From Delftia acidovorans NBRC 14950 (lineage in GTDB: Bacteria > Pseudomonadota > Gammaproteobacteria > Burkholderiales > Burkholderiaceae_C): DNA of 32,000 nt. A program made the translations under genes and the position numbers. Positions 1-8,878 of the stretch are shown here, one piece after another (the stretch's first letter is position 1; every line of letters starts with the position of its first letter). The stretch spans positions 1 to 32,000 of the forward strand of contig NZ_BCZP01000041.1 of the NCBI RefSeq assembly GCF_001598795.1, given 5' to 3'. Below the pieces are notes generated by a model. The model saw only the letters and a list, made by a program, of their open reading frames with translations, searched no databases and had not been told where the DNA came from.

Positions 1-114
1 CTTGGACAGAACGGTAGCGATAGCAGCCGTCAGGGTCGTCTTGCCGTGGTCCACGTGACCGATGGTGCCAACGTTGACGTGCGGCTTGGTACGCTCGAAT
101 TTTGCTTTAGCCAT
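1..114 (-). CDS. tuf: Elongation factor Tu, N-terminal fragment (gene runs off the left edge)
   Basis: Reverse complement of 1..114 translates to [38 protein letters not shown]. This is the canonical EF-Tu N-terminus with the GHVDHGKT G1 motif. ATG at 112..114. Confidence 0.95.
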   Translation of the reverse strand, partial: MAKAKFERTKPHVNVGTIGHVDHGKTTLTAAIATVLSK

Positions 115-192
115 TTTTCCGACTCCGAAAAAAATCTAAATCACTACAACAGGATTTGGCGCAACCCCATCTAGCGAGCGCACCAGAGATAA

Positions 193-267
<75 letters not shown>

Positions 268-310
268 CTTGAGGCTGCCGAAGCAATCTCAAAAAACTTT
301 GCTCGCCAAC

Positions 311-384
311 TGGAGCGGGAGACGGGAATCGAACCCGCGTCATTAGCTTGGAAGGCTAGGGTTCTACCATTGAACTACTCCCGC
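311..384 (-). tRNA. tRNA-Gly (anticodon UCC)
   Basis: Reverse complement is GCGGGAGTAGTTCAATGGTAGAACCCTAGCCTTCCAAGCTAATGACGCGGGTTCGATTCCCGTCTCCCGCTCCA. It has acceptor stem GCGGGAG/CTCCCGC, TCC anticodon, a GGTTCGATTCC T-arm and an encoded CCA. Confidence 0.93.
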
Positions 385-439
385 ACAGATTGACTGCACG
401 TCGCCATCTTTTCAGATGACTTCTCTTCTTCACCATTAC

Positions 440-525
440 TGGTGGAGGGGACTGGATTCGAACCAGTGTAGGCGTAAGCCAACAGATTTACAGTCTGCCC
501 CCTTTAGCCACTCGGGCACCCCTCC
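440..525 (-). tRNA. tRNA-Tyr (anticodon GUA), type II with long variable arm
   Basis: Reverse complement is GGAGGGGTGCCCGAGTGGCTAAAGGGGGCAGACTGTAAATCTGTTGGCTTACGCCTACACTGGTTCGAATCCAGTCCCCTCCACCA. It has acceptor stem GGAGGGG/CCCCTCC, anticodon loop CTGTAAA and a long extra arm. The Tyr-Gly-Thr-tuf order is the classical arrangement. Confidence 0.93.
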
Positions 526-537
526 GAAGAGATTTGA

Positions 538-547
538 ATTCTAGCAC
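538..547 (-). promoter_or_regulatory. Candidate extended -10 promoter (TGcTAGAAT) for the tRNA-Tyr/Gly/Thr-tuf transcription unit
   Basis: The minus strand reads GGTGCTAGAATTCAAATCTCTTC immediately before the tRNA-Tyr 5' end. It has a TGn-TAGAAT extended -10 and an A/T-rich UP-like tract upstream (550..590). The -35 is weak. Confidence 0.4.
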
Positions 548-616
548 CGTTTTTTTCGTCAGAAAAATTTCAGTGCATTTTTTTCTCAGGCCACCTGGGC
601 GATCCAAGAAAAATTG

Positions 617-692
617 TGGTGCGGCTGGCGGGGATCGAACCCACGACCCTTGGCTTCGGAGGCCAATACTCTATCCACTGAGCTACAGCCGC
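617..692 (-). tRNA. tRNA-Arg (anticodon CCG)
   Basis: Reverse complement is GCGGCTGTAGCTCAGTGGATAGAGTATTGGCCTCCGAAGCCAAGGGTCGTGGGTTCGATCCCCGCCAGCCGCACCA. It has acceptor stem GCGGCTG/CAGCCGC, anticodon stem TTGGC/GCCAA with loop CTCCGAA, and an encoded CCA. Confidence 0.9.
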
Positions 693-772
693 TCAGGGCA
701 TCGCTGCCCTGCACAAGCCGAGCATTGTCGCATGACTTTGCCCCGGTACGTCCAAGCCCCCAGTACCCGGCG

Positions 773-1438
773 CTATTGCGCCTGCGGCACCGTGAAGCCC
801 AACCCCCGCAGGCAGACGTCCACCGCCTGCGCGCCCACCTGCTTGAGATCGAAGGCCCTTCCCAGCAGCCAGCTCTGCAACAGGCCATCGAACATGGCGC
901 ACAGCGCGATCGAGGCCTGGGGAGCCGGCATGGACATGGTCACCGCATGGCTTTCGGCAGCCGCGCGCAGCGCCAGCTCCAGTTGCGCGGAAAAAGAGTC
1001 CAGTGCGGCACGGTTGCGCTCCTGCACGGGCATGAGCTCGCCCACGTATTCCACCTTGAGCAGCAGGATCTCGAAGACGCGCCGCGTACTATCGTCATCG
1101 GCGATGCGCCCGAAGACCACCGCCATCAGGCGCCGCACATATTCCAGCGCATCGCATTCGGAGTCATCTTCGCAGTCGCCCTGAGCGGCCTGCTCCAGCG
1201 GGAGCGTGACGCGGTCCAGCATGGCATAGAAGAGATCCAGCTTGTCCTTGAAATGCCAGTAGACCGCACCGCGCGTGGCGCCGGCTCGCTGGGCAATCTC
1301 GTTGAGCGAGGCCCGGGCGACACCCTGTTCGTAGAACACTTGCTCCGCAGCGTCCAGCAGACTGTTGCGCGTTGCAAACGCATCTTCTTTCGTTCGTCGT
1401 GCCAAGATGTATTTCCTTCCATCGTTGAGCCCGGCCAT
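773..1438 (-). CDS. TetR/AcrR-family transcriptional repressor, divergent from the efflux operon
   Basis: The ORF has an N-terminal TetR HTH (ATRNSLLDAAEQVFYEQGVARASLNEIAQRAGATRGAVYWHFKDK) and an AcrR/TtgR-like C-terminal domain. The true start may be TTG at 1403..1405. It is preceded by GGAAGGAAA and gives MARRTKEDA, the typical AcrR-type N-terminus. ATG at 1438 has no clear SD. Confidence 0.85.
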   Translation of the reverse strand: MAGLNDGRKYILARRTKEDAFATRNSLLDAAEQVFYEQGVARASLNEIAQRAGATRGAVYWHFKDKLDLFYAMLDRVTLPLEQAAQGDCEDDSECDALEYVRRLMAVVFGRIADDDSTRRVFEILLLKVEYVGELMPVQERNRAALDSFSAQLELALRAAAESHAVTMSMPAPQASIALCAMFDGLLQSWLLGRAFDLKQVGAQAVDVCLRGLGFTVPQAQ

Positions 1439-1483
1439 GCCACGCTACGCCATGCTTCGCGCCGCCTTGCAGCAACAGCGGTC

Positions 1484-1511
1484 ATTATACATTCATGTAT
1501 GTATGTATAAT
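1484..1511. promoter_or_regulatory. Candidate TetR operator palindrome overlapping face-to-face -10 boxes
   Basis: ATTATACAT-N10-ATGTATAAT forms perfect 9-bp arms (1484..1492 and 1503..1511). There is an inner TACAT-TC-ATGTA and (ATGT)3. TATAAT reads on the plus strand at 1506..1511 and on the minus strand at 1484..1489. It resembles the TACAT-rich AcrR/TtgR-type operators. Confidence 0.55.
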
Positions 1512-1597
1512 CCGCGACTTGCCCGTGGACACGGGCGTTCCGGATAGCGCTGACCGGAACGTCAACATCGTTATTTGATTCAGCACAAGGACCCATC

Positions 1598-2890
1598 ATG
1601 CCCAGCACACGCAGCAATGTGTCAGCCGCTCCGTCCCCTTACAGCAGTCTGCGCCTCACCACCGTGGCCCCGGCCGTCACTGCCGCAATGGCCATGGCGG
1701 CCTGCGGGAAAAAGCCCGAAGAACAAGCTGCCGCGCAGCAGCAGATGCCCGCCGTGCCGGTGGGCGTGGTGGTCGCCACCCCCGCCGACGTGGGCCTTGT
1801 GACCGAACTCCCTGGCCGCGTGGATGCGCGCCGCGTGGCCCAGATCCGCGCCCGCAGCGCCGGCATCGTGCAGGAGCGCCTGTTCAAGGAAGGCAGCGAC
1901 GTGAAGGCCGGCCAGGTGCTGTACCGCATCGATCCGGCGCCCTACCAGGCGACGCTGCAAAGTGCCAAGGCCACGCAGGCCCGTGCCGAGGCCAACCAGG
2001 CCCAGGCACTGGCGCAACTGGAACGCTATCGCCCGCTGGTTGCCGCCAACGCGATCAGCAAGCAGGACTTCGTCAATGCAGAGGCGGCCTACAAGCAGGC
2101 CCAGGCTGACGTCGCGGTCGGCAAGGCCTCCGTGCGGACCGCCGAGATCAATCTTGGCTATACCAGCGTCACCGCCCCCATTTCTGGCCGCATCGGCCAG
2201 TCTCTGGTGACCGAAGGCGCGCTGGTCGGCCAGGGCGAGGCGACTCCGCTGGCCGTGGTCCAGCAGATCAATCCTGTCTATGTGAACTTCACCCAGTCGT
2301 CCAGCGAGGCCTTCCGGCTGCGCCGCGCGATGGAGCAGGGCAAGCTCAAGAAGGCCGATGGCGCCGAGGCTGCCAGCGTCGAGGTGCGCCTGGACGACGG
2401 CACGGCCTATGAGCTCAAGGGCAAGCTGCTGTTCACCGACCTGACCGTGGACAGCTCCACCGGCCAGGTCACGCTGCGTGCCGAGGTGCCCAACCCCAAG
2501 GGATTGCTGCTGCCTGGCATGTATGTGCGTGTGCGCATGGAACAGGCCCAGGCGTCCAACGCCATTGCCGTGCCCCAGCAGGCGGTGACGCGCACCGAGA
2601 CCGGCGACACCGTGAGCGTGGTCAGCGACGACGGCAAGATCACCAAGCGGCAGGTGAAGGTGACCACGGCCCAGAACAACCAGTGGCTGGTCAGCGAAGG
2701 CCTGCAGGCGGGCGAGAAGGTCATGGTCGACGGCTTCCAGAAGCTGCAGATGCTGCCGCCCGGCACACCGGTCAAGCCCGTGCCCTGGCAGCCCGAGGCC
2801 GCAGGTGCCCAGAAGCCGGCCGGCGCGGCAGCGCCAGCCCCGCAAGCCGCAGCCGACGCCAAGCCTGCGGACCAGGCAGACAAGAAGTAA
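1598..2890 (+). CDS. RND efflux periplasmic adaptor (membrane fusion protein, AcrA/MexA family), lipoprotein
   Basis: 430 aa. It has a lipobox-like AMAACG signal end and the HlyD/AcrA-type lipoyl and beta-barrel motifs (VAQIRARSAGIV, NLGYTSVTAPISGRIG). AAGGA SD lies 7 nt upstream of the ATG. The C-terminal tail is Ala/Pro-rich. Confidence 0.9.
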   Translation: MPSTRSNVSAAPSPYSSLRLTTVAPAVTAAMAMAACGKKPEEQAAAQQQMPAVPVGVVVATPADVGLVTELPGRVDARRVAQIRARSAGIVQERLFKEGSDVKAGQVLYRIDPAPYQATLQSAKATQARAEANQAQALAQLERYRPLVAANAISKQDFVNAEAAYKQAQADVAVGKASVRTAEINLGYTSVTAPISGRIGQSLVTEGALVGQGEATPLAVVQQINPVYVNFTQSSSEAFRLRRAMEQGKLKKADGAEAASVEVRLDDGTAYELKGKLLFTDLTVDSSTGQVTLRAEVPNPKGLLLPGMYVRVRMEQAQASNAIAVPQQAVTRTETGDTVSVVSDDGKITKRQVKVTTAQNNQWLVSEGLQAGEKVMVDGFQKLQMLPPGTPVKPVPWQPEAAGAQKPAGAAAPAPQAAADAKPADQADKK

Positions 2891-2905
2891 TCAAGGGGCT
2901 CAGCA

Positions 2906-5900
2906 ATGGCCAAGTTCTTTATCGACAGACCGATCTTTGCATGGGTCGTCGCGCTATTCATCATCGTCCTCGGTGGTATTGCGCTGACCAAGCTTCCGAT
3001 CGCTCAATACCCCAAGGTGGCTCCTCCAGCCATCGTCATCAACACCGCCTATCCAGGCGCGTCCGCGAAGGTGCTCGAAGACAGCGTGCTGTCCGTGATC
3101 GAGCGCGAGATGAACGGCTCGCCCGGTCTGGTCTACATGGAGTCGGTGGCCCAGGCCGATGGCACGGGCAGCATCACCATCAGCTTCGAGGCTGGCACCA
3201 ACGTGGACCTGGCGCAGGTGGACGTGCAAAACCGCCTGTCGCGCGCCACGCCGCGCCTGCCTGCGTCCGTGACGCAGCAGGGCGTGCGCGTGGACAAGGC
3301 GTCGTCCAACTTCCTGCTGTTCATCATGCTGTCGTCCGAGGACGCCAAGGCCTATGACACGGTGGCCCTGGGTGACTACGCCTCGCGCAACATCGTTCCC
3401 GAAATCCAGCGGGTGGCCGGCGTGGGCCAGGCACAGCTGTTCGGCACCGAAAAGGCCATGCGCATCTGGTTCGATCCCGCCAAGCTGCAGGGCTACAAGC
3501 TCTCGGCCGAGGACGTGACGGCCGCCATCCGCAGCCAGAACGCCCAGGTGGCCAGCGGCGCCATCGGTGACCTGCCCAACATCACGGGCCAGAAGATCGC
3601 CGCCACGGTGACGGTGATGGGCCAGCTGTCTTCGATCGACCAGTTCGAGAACATCGTGCTGCGCGCCAATCCCGATGGCTCCACCGTGCGCCTCAAGGAC
3701 GTGGCCACCATCGAGATCGGCGGCCAGGCCTACGCGACCTCCGCCCGCCTGAACGGCAAGGATGCCGTGGGTATCGGCGTCCAGCTGACGCCCAGCGGCA
3801 ATGCGCTGGCGACCGCCAAGGCCGTGCATGCGCGCATGGAAGAGCTGCAGAAGTTTTTCCCCAAGGGCGTGAAGTACTCCATTCCCTACGACAGCTCCAA
3901 GTTCGTGAGCATCTCCATCGAGAAGGTGGCCCACACGCTGCTGGAAGCCATCGTGCTGGTGTTCCTGGTGATGTACCTGTTCCTGCAGAACTGGCGCTAC
4001 ACGCTGATCCCGACCATCGTGGTGCCCATTGCACTGCTGGGCACCTTCGCGGTCATGCAGGCCGTGGGCTTCTCGATCAACGTGCTGGCCATGTTCGGCA
4101 TGGTGCTGGTCATCGGCATCGTGGTGGATGACGCCATCGTGGTGGTGGAGAACGTCGAGCGCATCATGAGCGAGGAAGGCCTGCCGCCGCGCGAAGCCGC
4201 GATCAAGGCCATGGGCCAGATCTCGGGCGCCATCGTGGGCATTACGCTGGTGCTGATCGCGGTGTTCATACCGTTGGCCTTCTTCGCGGGGTCCACCGGC
4301 AATATCTACCGGCAGTTCTCCATCGTGATGGTGGCCTCCATCAGCTTCTCGGCCTTCATGGCGCTGACGCTGACACCGGCCCTGTGCGCAACGCTGCTCA
4401 AGCCTGTGGAAGCCGGTCACAACCACGAGAAGAAGGGCTTCTTCGGCTGGTTCAACCGCACGTTCGCACGCTCGGCCAAGTCCTATGAAGGCTGGGTGGC
4501 CCGACTGCTCAAGCGCTCGGTGCTGATGATCGGCGTGTACCTGGCCGTGATCGCGGGCGCCGTGGTGGTGTTCCGTGGCCTGCCGACCTCCTTCCTGCCG
4601 ACCGAGGACCAGGGCTACTTCATCGTCAACGTGCAACTGCCCCCTGGCGCCGCCAAGGAGCGCACGCTGGAGGTGATGAAGCAGGTGGAAGAAGCCGTGC
4701 TGCCGCAGCCCGAAGTGGCCAACATGGTCAGCGTGCTGGGCTTCAGCTTCTCCGGCCAGGGCCAGAATGCCGCCCTCGCCTTCGTGCCGCTCAAGGACTG
4801 GTCCGAGCGCAAGGGAGCGAACTCCACGGTGGACGCCATGACGGGCCGCATCATGGGCATGACGTCGGGCATCCGCGATGCCTTCGTGTTCGCCGTGAAC
4901 CCGCCGCCCATTCCCGAACTGGGCAACGCCGTGGGCTTCTCGTTCCGCCTGCAGGACCGTGCCGGCCACGGACACGATGCGCTGATCAATGCCCGCAACA
5001 TGATGCTGGGCATGGCCGGGCAAAGCAAGGTGCTGGCCGGCGTGCGTCCCGATGGTCTGGAGGACGCGCCCCAGCTGCGCATCGAGATCGACCGCGACAA
5101 GGCCAACGCCCTGGGCGTGGACTTCACCTCGATCAATGCCGCACTGTCCACGGCGCTGGGCTCATCCTACGTCAATGACTTCCCCAACCAGGGTCGTCTG
5201 CAGCGCGTGATCGTGCAGGCCGATGCTCCGGCCCGCATGCAGCCCGACGACCTGCTGCGCCTGAACGCGCGCAACGCCAAGGGCGATCCGGTGCCGCTGT
5301 CCACGTTCGCGACCACCAAGTGGGTCAAGGGCGCCCAGCAGACGGTGCGCTACAACGGCTACCCGGCCGTGCGCATCGAAGGCTCGGCCGCACCGGGCTT
5401 CAGCTCGGGCGATGCCATGGACGAGATGGAAAAGCTGGCCGCCAAGCTGCCCGAAGGCTTCGGCTTCGAGTGGACCGGCCAGTCGCGTGAGGAAAAGCTG
5501 GCGGGTTCGCAAGCCATCTTCCTGTACGCCTTCGCCATCCTGGCCGTGTTCCTGTGCCTGGCCGCCCTGTACGAGAGCTGGTCCATCCCGCTGTCGGTGA
5601 TTCTGGTCGTGCCGCTAGGTCTGCTGGGCGTGGTGCTTGCCACCTTGCTGCGCAACTACTCCAACGACGTGTACTTCCAGATCGGACTGGTGACGGTGAT
5701 CGGCCTGTCGGCGAAGAACGCGATCTTGATCGTGGAGTTCGCCAAGGACCTGCAGGCCGAAGGCAAGGGACTGATCGAGGCTGCGCTGGAAGCCGCCCAC
5801 CTGCGGTTCCGCCCCATCATCATGACCTCGCTGGCCTTCGGCCTGGGCGTGGTGCCTCTGGTGATCGCCACGGGCGCGAGCTCGGCCAGCCAGCGTGCCA

Positions 5901-6061
5901 TCGGCACCGGCGTGCTCGGCGGCATGATCACCGGCACCGTGCTGGCCGTGCTGTTCGTGCCCACCTTCTTCGTCGTGGTGCGCAAGCTGTTCAAGGGCAA
6001 GATCAAAACGCACAACCCGCCGTCCACACCGGCCGGCAAGGAGGCCTTGAGCCATGATTAA
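2906..6061 (+). CDS. RND multidrug efflux pump, inner-membrane transporter (AcrB/MexB/TtgB family, HAE1)
   Basis: 1051 aa starting MAKFFIDRPIFAWVVALFI. AcrB-type motifs occur throughout, including GLSAKNAILIVEFA. The 12-TM architecture is implied. Confidence 0.95.
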   Translation: MAKFFIDRPIFAWVVALFIIVLGGIALTKLPIAQYPKVAPPAIVINTAYPGASAKVLEDSVLSVIEREMNGSPGLVYMESVAQADGTGSITISFEAGTNVDLAQVDVQNRLSRATPRLPASVTQQGVRVDKASSNFLLFIMLSSEDAKAYDTVALGDYASRNIVPEIQRVAGVGQAQLFGTEKAMRIWFDPAKLQGYKLSAEDVTAAIRSQNAQVASGAIGDLPNITGQKIAATVTVMGQLSSIDQFENIVLRANPDGSTVRLKDVATIEIGGQAYATSARLNGKDAVGIGVQLTPSGNALATAKAVHARMEELQKFFPKGVKYSIPYDSSKFVSISIEKVAHTLLEAIVLVFLVMYLFLQNWRYTLIPTIVVPIALLGTFAVMQAVGFSINVLAMFGMVLVIGIVVDDAIVVVENVERIMSEEGLPPREAAIKAMGQISGAIVGITLVLIAVFIPLAFFAGSTGNIYRQFSIVMVASISFSAFMALTLTPALCATLLKPVEAGHNHEKKGFFGWFNRTFARSAKSYEGWVARLLKRSVLMIGVYLAVIAGAVVVFRGLPTSFLPTEDQGYFIVNVQLPPGAAKERTLEVMKQVEEAVLPQPEVANMVSVLGFSFSGQGQNAALAFVPLKDWSERKGANSTVDAMTGRIMGMTSGIRDAFVFAVNPPPIPELGNAVGFSFRLQDRAGHGHDALINARNMMLGMAGQSKVLAGVRPDGLEDAPQLRIEIDRDKANALGVDFTSINAALSTALGSSYVNDFPNQGRLQRVIVQADAPARMQPDDLLRLNARNAKGDPVPLSTFATTKWVKGAQQTVRYNGYPAVRIEGSAAPGFSSGDAMDEMEKLAAKLPEGFGFEWTGQSREEKLAGSQAIFLYAFAILAVFLCLAALYESWSIPLSVILVVPLGLLGVVLATLLRNYSNDVYFQIGLVTVIGLSAKNAILIVEFAKDLQAEGKGLIEAALEAAHLRFRPIIMTSLAFGLGVVPLVIATGASSASQRAIGTGVLGGMITGTVLAVLFVPTFFVVVRKLFKGKIKTHNPPSTPAGKEALSHD

Positions 6062-7511
6062 TCGCAGTACCCCGGTGGCCATCGCCACCGCCGTGCTCCT
6101 GGCGGGATGCTCGCTCATCCCCACCTACGAGCGCCCTGCCGCTCCGGTCGCGGCGCAGTACACCCGCGCGAACGCCACCGCTGCGGCGGAAGGCGGCACG
6201 GCTGCAGCGCAGCTGCCCTGGCAGGATTTCTTCCAGGACGCACGCCTGCAGCAGCTGGTTCGCACCGCGCTGGACAACAACCGTGACCTGCGCGTGGCTG
6301 CGCTCAACATCGAGCGCGCCCAGGCCCAGTACCGGATCACGCGCGCCGACCAGTTCCCGACGGTCGGTGCAGGCGTCAACGCCAGCCGCGCCCCGAACAC
6401 CACGGGCTCGGGCACCAAGTACGTCAACAGCTACCAGGTCGGCCTGGCCGTCACCTCGTGGGAGCTGGACTTCTTCGGCCGCATCGGCAGCCTGAAGGAA
6501 GCCGCCCTGGCCCAGTACCTGGCGACCGAGGAAGCTCGCCGCGCCGCGCAGACCAGCCTGGTGGCCGCTGTGGCCAGCGGCTGGTACACGCTGCTGGCCG
6601 ACGAGCAACTGCTGAAGATCTCGCGCGACACGCTGCGGACCCGTGAAGAGTCGATCAAGCTGACCAAGCTGCGCTTCGACACGGGCGTGGCGTCCGAGCT
6701 GGACTACCGCCAGGCCGTCTCGCTGACCGAGGCTGCACGCGCCACGCTGGCGCAGCAGCAGCGCCAGCGCGCCCTGGATGAAAACGCCCTGGTGCTGCTG
6801 CTGGGCCAGTCCCTGCCAGCGGACGTGCTCGCCAGCCTGGGCTCCAGCCAGGGCCTGCGCGACACGGCCGACCTGCCCGCCGTGCCGGCCGGCCTGCCTT
6901 CAGACCTGCTCACACAGCGGCCCGACATTCGCCAGGCCGAGCAGCAGCTGATCAGTACCAACGCCAACATCGGTGCCGCGCGTGCCGCCTTCTTCCCGCG
7001 CATCACGTTGACGGGGCAGTTCGGCACGGCCAGCAACGAGCTGTCGGGCCTGTTCAAGAGCGGCAGCTGGGGCTTCACCCTCGCGCCATCCGCCCTCCTG
7101 CCCATCTTCGATGCGGGCCGCAATTCGGCCAATCTGGCTGCTGCCAAGGTCGAGCGCGAAGTGGCCATCGCCCAGTACGAGAAGTCCATCCAGAGCGCCT
7201 TCCGCGAGGTCTCCGACGCACTGGACAGCCAGGGCACGCTGCGTGACCAGATCATGGCCCAGCGCGCCCAGCTCGAAGCCGAGCAGGCGCGCCTGAAGCT
7301 GTCCGACCTGCGCTACAGCAACGGCGTGGCCAGCTACCTGGACCTGCTGGATGCACAGCGCACCCTGTTCGCGCTGGAGCAGTCCACCGTGAGCGTGCGT
7401 CTGGCGCAGTTGCTCAACCAGATCGAGCTGTACAAGGCACTGGGCGGCGGCTGGACCGACAGGACAGCGACAGCAGCGGCAGCCACGCCGGCTCCCGCGC
7501 CCGCGCAGTAA
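6054..7511 (+). CDS. RND efflux outer-membrane factor lipoprotein (NodT/OprM family)
   Basis: 485 aa with lipobox LLAGCS and OprM-like repeats (QFPTVGAGVNASR, ALGGGW near the C-terminus). The start overlaps the pump stop by 8 nt. Confidence 0.92.
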   Translation: MINRSTPVAIATAVLLAGCSLIPTYERPAAPVAAQYTRANATAAAEGGTAAAQLPWQDFFQDARLQQLVRTALDNNRDLRVAALNIERAQAQYRITRADQFPTVGAGVNASRAPNTTGSGTKYVNSYQVGLAVTSWELDFFGRIGSLKEAALAQYLATEEARRAAQTSLVAAVASGWYTLLADEQLLKISRDTLRTREESIKLTKLRFDTGVASELDYRQAVSLTEAARATLAQQQRQRALDENALVLLLGQSLPADVLASLGSSQGLRDTADLPAVPAGLPSDLLTQRPDIRQAEQQLISTNANIGAARAAFFPRITLTGQFGTASNELSGLFKSGSWGFTLAPSALLPIFDAGRNSANLAAAKVEREVAIAQYEKSIQSAFREVSDALDSQGTLRDQIMAQRAQLEAEQARLKLSDLRYSNGVASYLDLLDAQRTLFALEQSTVSVRLAQLLNQIELYKALGGGWTDRTATAAAATPAPAPAQ

Positions 7512-7545
7512 GACCCAAGGCAGGCATCTGCCGCGCCAACCGCAC

Positions 7546-7581
7546 AGAGGTGTTCTCCGCAAGTTGAACACCTCTTTTTTA
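7546..7581 (+). terminator. Rho-independent terminator of the efflux operon
   Basis: AGAGGTGTTC (7546..7555) pairs with GAACACCTCT (7566..7575), followed by a T-run. Confidence 0.7.
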
Positions 7582-7729
7582 TGGCGCGCGGAAAGCATTT
7601 GCCATTTGCTTGATCCATCTCATGGCATATGTGCGCCCCAGGTCAACCCGGGTCTGCGCGCAGTGTCTGCAAGAGGCCCGTCGATATAATTTGTTGTTGA
7701 CTCACGCCCCCACAACACAAGAGGACTTC

Positions 7730-8272
7730 ATGAGCGCAACCCACACCGAAGAAGCCCATACGGGCCCGATCAAGAACCCCAAGCAGCTGCTGATGGCGGT
7801 GTTTTTCTCGTTCGTGGTTCCGGTGTTCGTGATCATCGGCCTCGTGCAATACGTGAGTTCGGCCGACAAGGCCGGCGCCGGCGCTTCCCAGACCGAAATG
7901 GCCAAGGCCCAGCGGCTGCAGAAAATCGGCCTCGTGGAAATCCGGGATGCCAATCGCCCGCTGCGCTCGGGTGAAGAAGTCTTCAAGGGCCAATGCGCGG
8001 CCTGCCATGCCACAGGTGCCGCAGGTGCTCCCAAGTTCGCGGATGCAGCGGCCTGGGGCCCGCGCCTGGCACAAGGTCTGGAAGGTCTGGTGCACTCGGC
8101 CCTCAAGGGCAAGGGAGCGATGGCGCCTCAAGGCGGCGGCGATTTCAACGACACCGAAATTGCCCGTGGCGTGGTCTACATGACCAATGCCGCAGGTGGC
8201 AAGTTTGAAGAACCCAAGGCCCCGGCCGCAGAAGGCGCTGCAGCAGAAGGTGCAGCGGCACCCGCCAACTGA
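7730..8272 (+). CDS. Membrane-anchored cytochrome c5-family protein (monohaem)
   Basis: It has a CAACH haem-binding motif and an N-terminal TM helix (LLMAVFFSFVVPVFVIIGLV). The distal Met ligand region is GKGAMAPQGG. ATG at 7730 is preceded by AGAGGA. The longer ORF from 7610 lacks coding character. Confidence 0.8.
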   Translation: MSATHTEEAHTGPIKNPKQLLMAVFFSFVVPVFVIIGLVQYVSSADKAGAGASQTEMAKAQRLQKIGLVEIRDANRPLRSGEEVFKGQCAACHATGAAGAPKFADAAAWGPRLAQGLEGLVHSALKGKGAMAPQGGGDFNDTEIARGVVYMTNAAGGKFEEPKAPAAEGAAAEGAAAPAN

Positions 8273-8296
8273 GCAAGGCCCAGGATGTCTGGCACC

Positions 8297-8319
8297 AACC
8301 GGCTTCGGCCGGTTTTTTC
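8297..8319 (+). terminator. Rho-independent terminator after the cytochrome c5 gene
   Basis: AACCGGC-TTCG-GCCGGTT followed by TTTTT. Confidence 0.6.
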
Positions 8320-8878
8320 ATGCCCGGGCCGGACTGCGCACAAAACCGTAGCGTTGCGGCAACGTCTGTGCCGGCACCTCTTCACAGGCAGGCAGCATGC
8401 TGGCGTCCAGCGCGGCAGCGGCATCGACCATGTCCTGCGTATGGACCAGGCCCAGGCCGGAGGGCATGGCCAGATACAGGCGCCCTGTCTCATCCATCAA
8501 AACCGCCTTGATGGCTGCGGCCTGCAGCTCTGCCCCTGTGTGGCTGTGCACCTGCAGGCGCTCGCCATCCCAGCGCAGCCGCCATATCCAGGGTGTGCTT
8601 TCCAGTTCCACATACACGCGCTGGGGACCATTCTGGAAAAACCACCGACCGTCGGGCTCGGCAAGATAGTTGCGGGCAATGAAGTCCGCCAGCTTTTCGT
8701 TGCGCACCTCCGCGCCCTTGGCTCCCGGGATGCCGCTGTCGAAAGCGCCGCAGGCCTGGGCCTCTTCATCGCGCAGATACCAGCGCCCGCGCTCGTCCAG
8801 CCCCAGCCAGCCGCTGCAGGCGGGCACATGGGGCCATTTGGCCATGGCCTGCTTCACGATATCGTCCATTGCATTCAT
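8318..8878 (-). CDS. Conserved hypothetical protein (family name not recalled), coupled to the upstream hydrolase
   Basis: Starts MNAMDDIVKQAMAKWPHVPACSGWLGLDERGRWYLRDE. Its ATG (8876..8878) overlaps the hydrolase TGA (8875..8877) as ATGA. GC3-rich coding signal. The ORF-track N-terminal extension to 9034 lies inside the hydrolase gene and is rejected. Confidence 0.7.
   Translation of the reverse strand: MNAMDDIVKQAMAKWPHVPACSGWLGLDERGRWYLRDEEAQACGAFDSGIPGAKGAEVRNEKLADFIARNYLAEPDGRWFFQNGPQRVYVELESTPWIWRLRWDGERLQVHSHTGAELQAAAIKAVLMDETGRLYLAMPSGLGLVHTQDMVDAAAALDASMLPACEEVPAQTLPQRYGFVRSPARA

Noticed and set aside
694-711. The CAGGGCA-TCGC-TGCCCTG hairpin between the TetR stop and tRNA-Arg, as a terminator.
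   Set aside because: - No U-tract on either strand.
- It directly abuts the tRNA 5' end. At most it is a processing or leader structure, and evidence is insufficient.
2785-2887. Ala/Pro-rich C-terminal tails recurring on the adaptor, the outer-membrane factor (7450..7508) and cytochrome c5 (8210..8269).
   Set aside because: - They are low-complexity linkers common in exported proteins of high-GC bacteria.
- There is no shared repeat unit at the DNA level.
2954-5023. A 689-aa ORF antisense to the RND pump. Similar long antisense or out-of-frame ORFs occur at 1622..2845, 8869..10086, 10019..11524, 13150..14577, 14675..16993, 17021..18073, 18384..19751, 19836..20807, 20995..22050 and 24157..25242.
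   Set aside because: - They are typical stop-codon-poor shadow frames of a high-GC genome.
- Their translations are Arg/Gly/His/Ala-rich nonsense with no motifs.
- Each lies opposite or overlapping a gene with unambiguous homology.
617-7511. The possibility that the TetR-RND efflux cassette is a genomic island inserted at tRNA-Arg.
   Set aside because: - No integrase or transposase.
- No direct repeat of the tRNA 3' end that I could see.
- The cassette lies on the 5' side of the tRNA.
- Its composition looks the same as the flanks.
7610-7729. N-terminal extensions proposed by the maximal ORFs: cytochrome c5 from 7610, hypothetical to 9034, hydrolase to 10038, LemA from 9689, EIIA to 25293, lipoprotein to 26390, TlpA from 25170, b561 from 26876, GNAT from 27310, S17 to 29506, L29 to 29834.
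   Set aside because: - The extensions overlap neighbouring genes or promoters.
- They lack coding bias.
- They precede internal starts that reproduce the family-typical N-termini or signal peptides.
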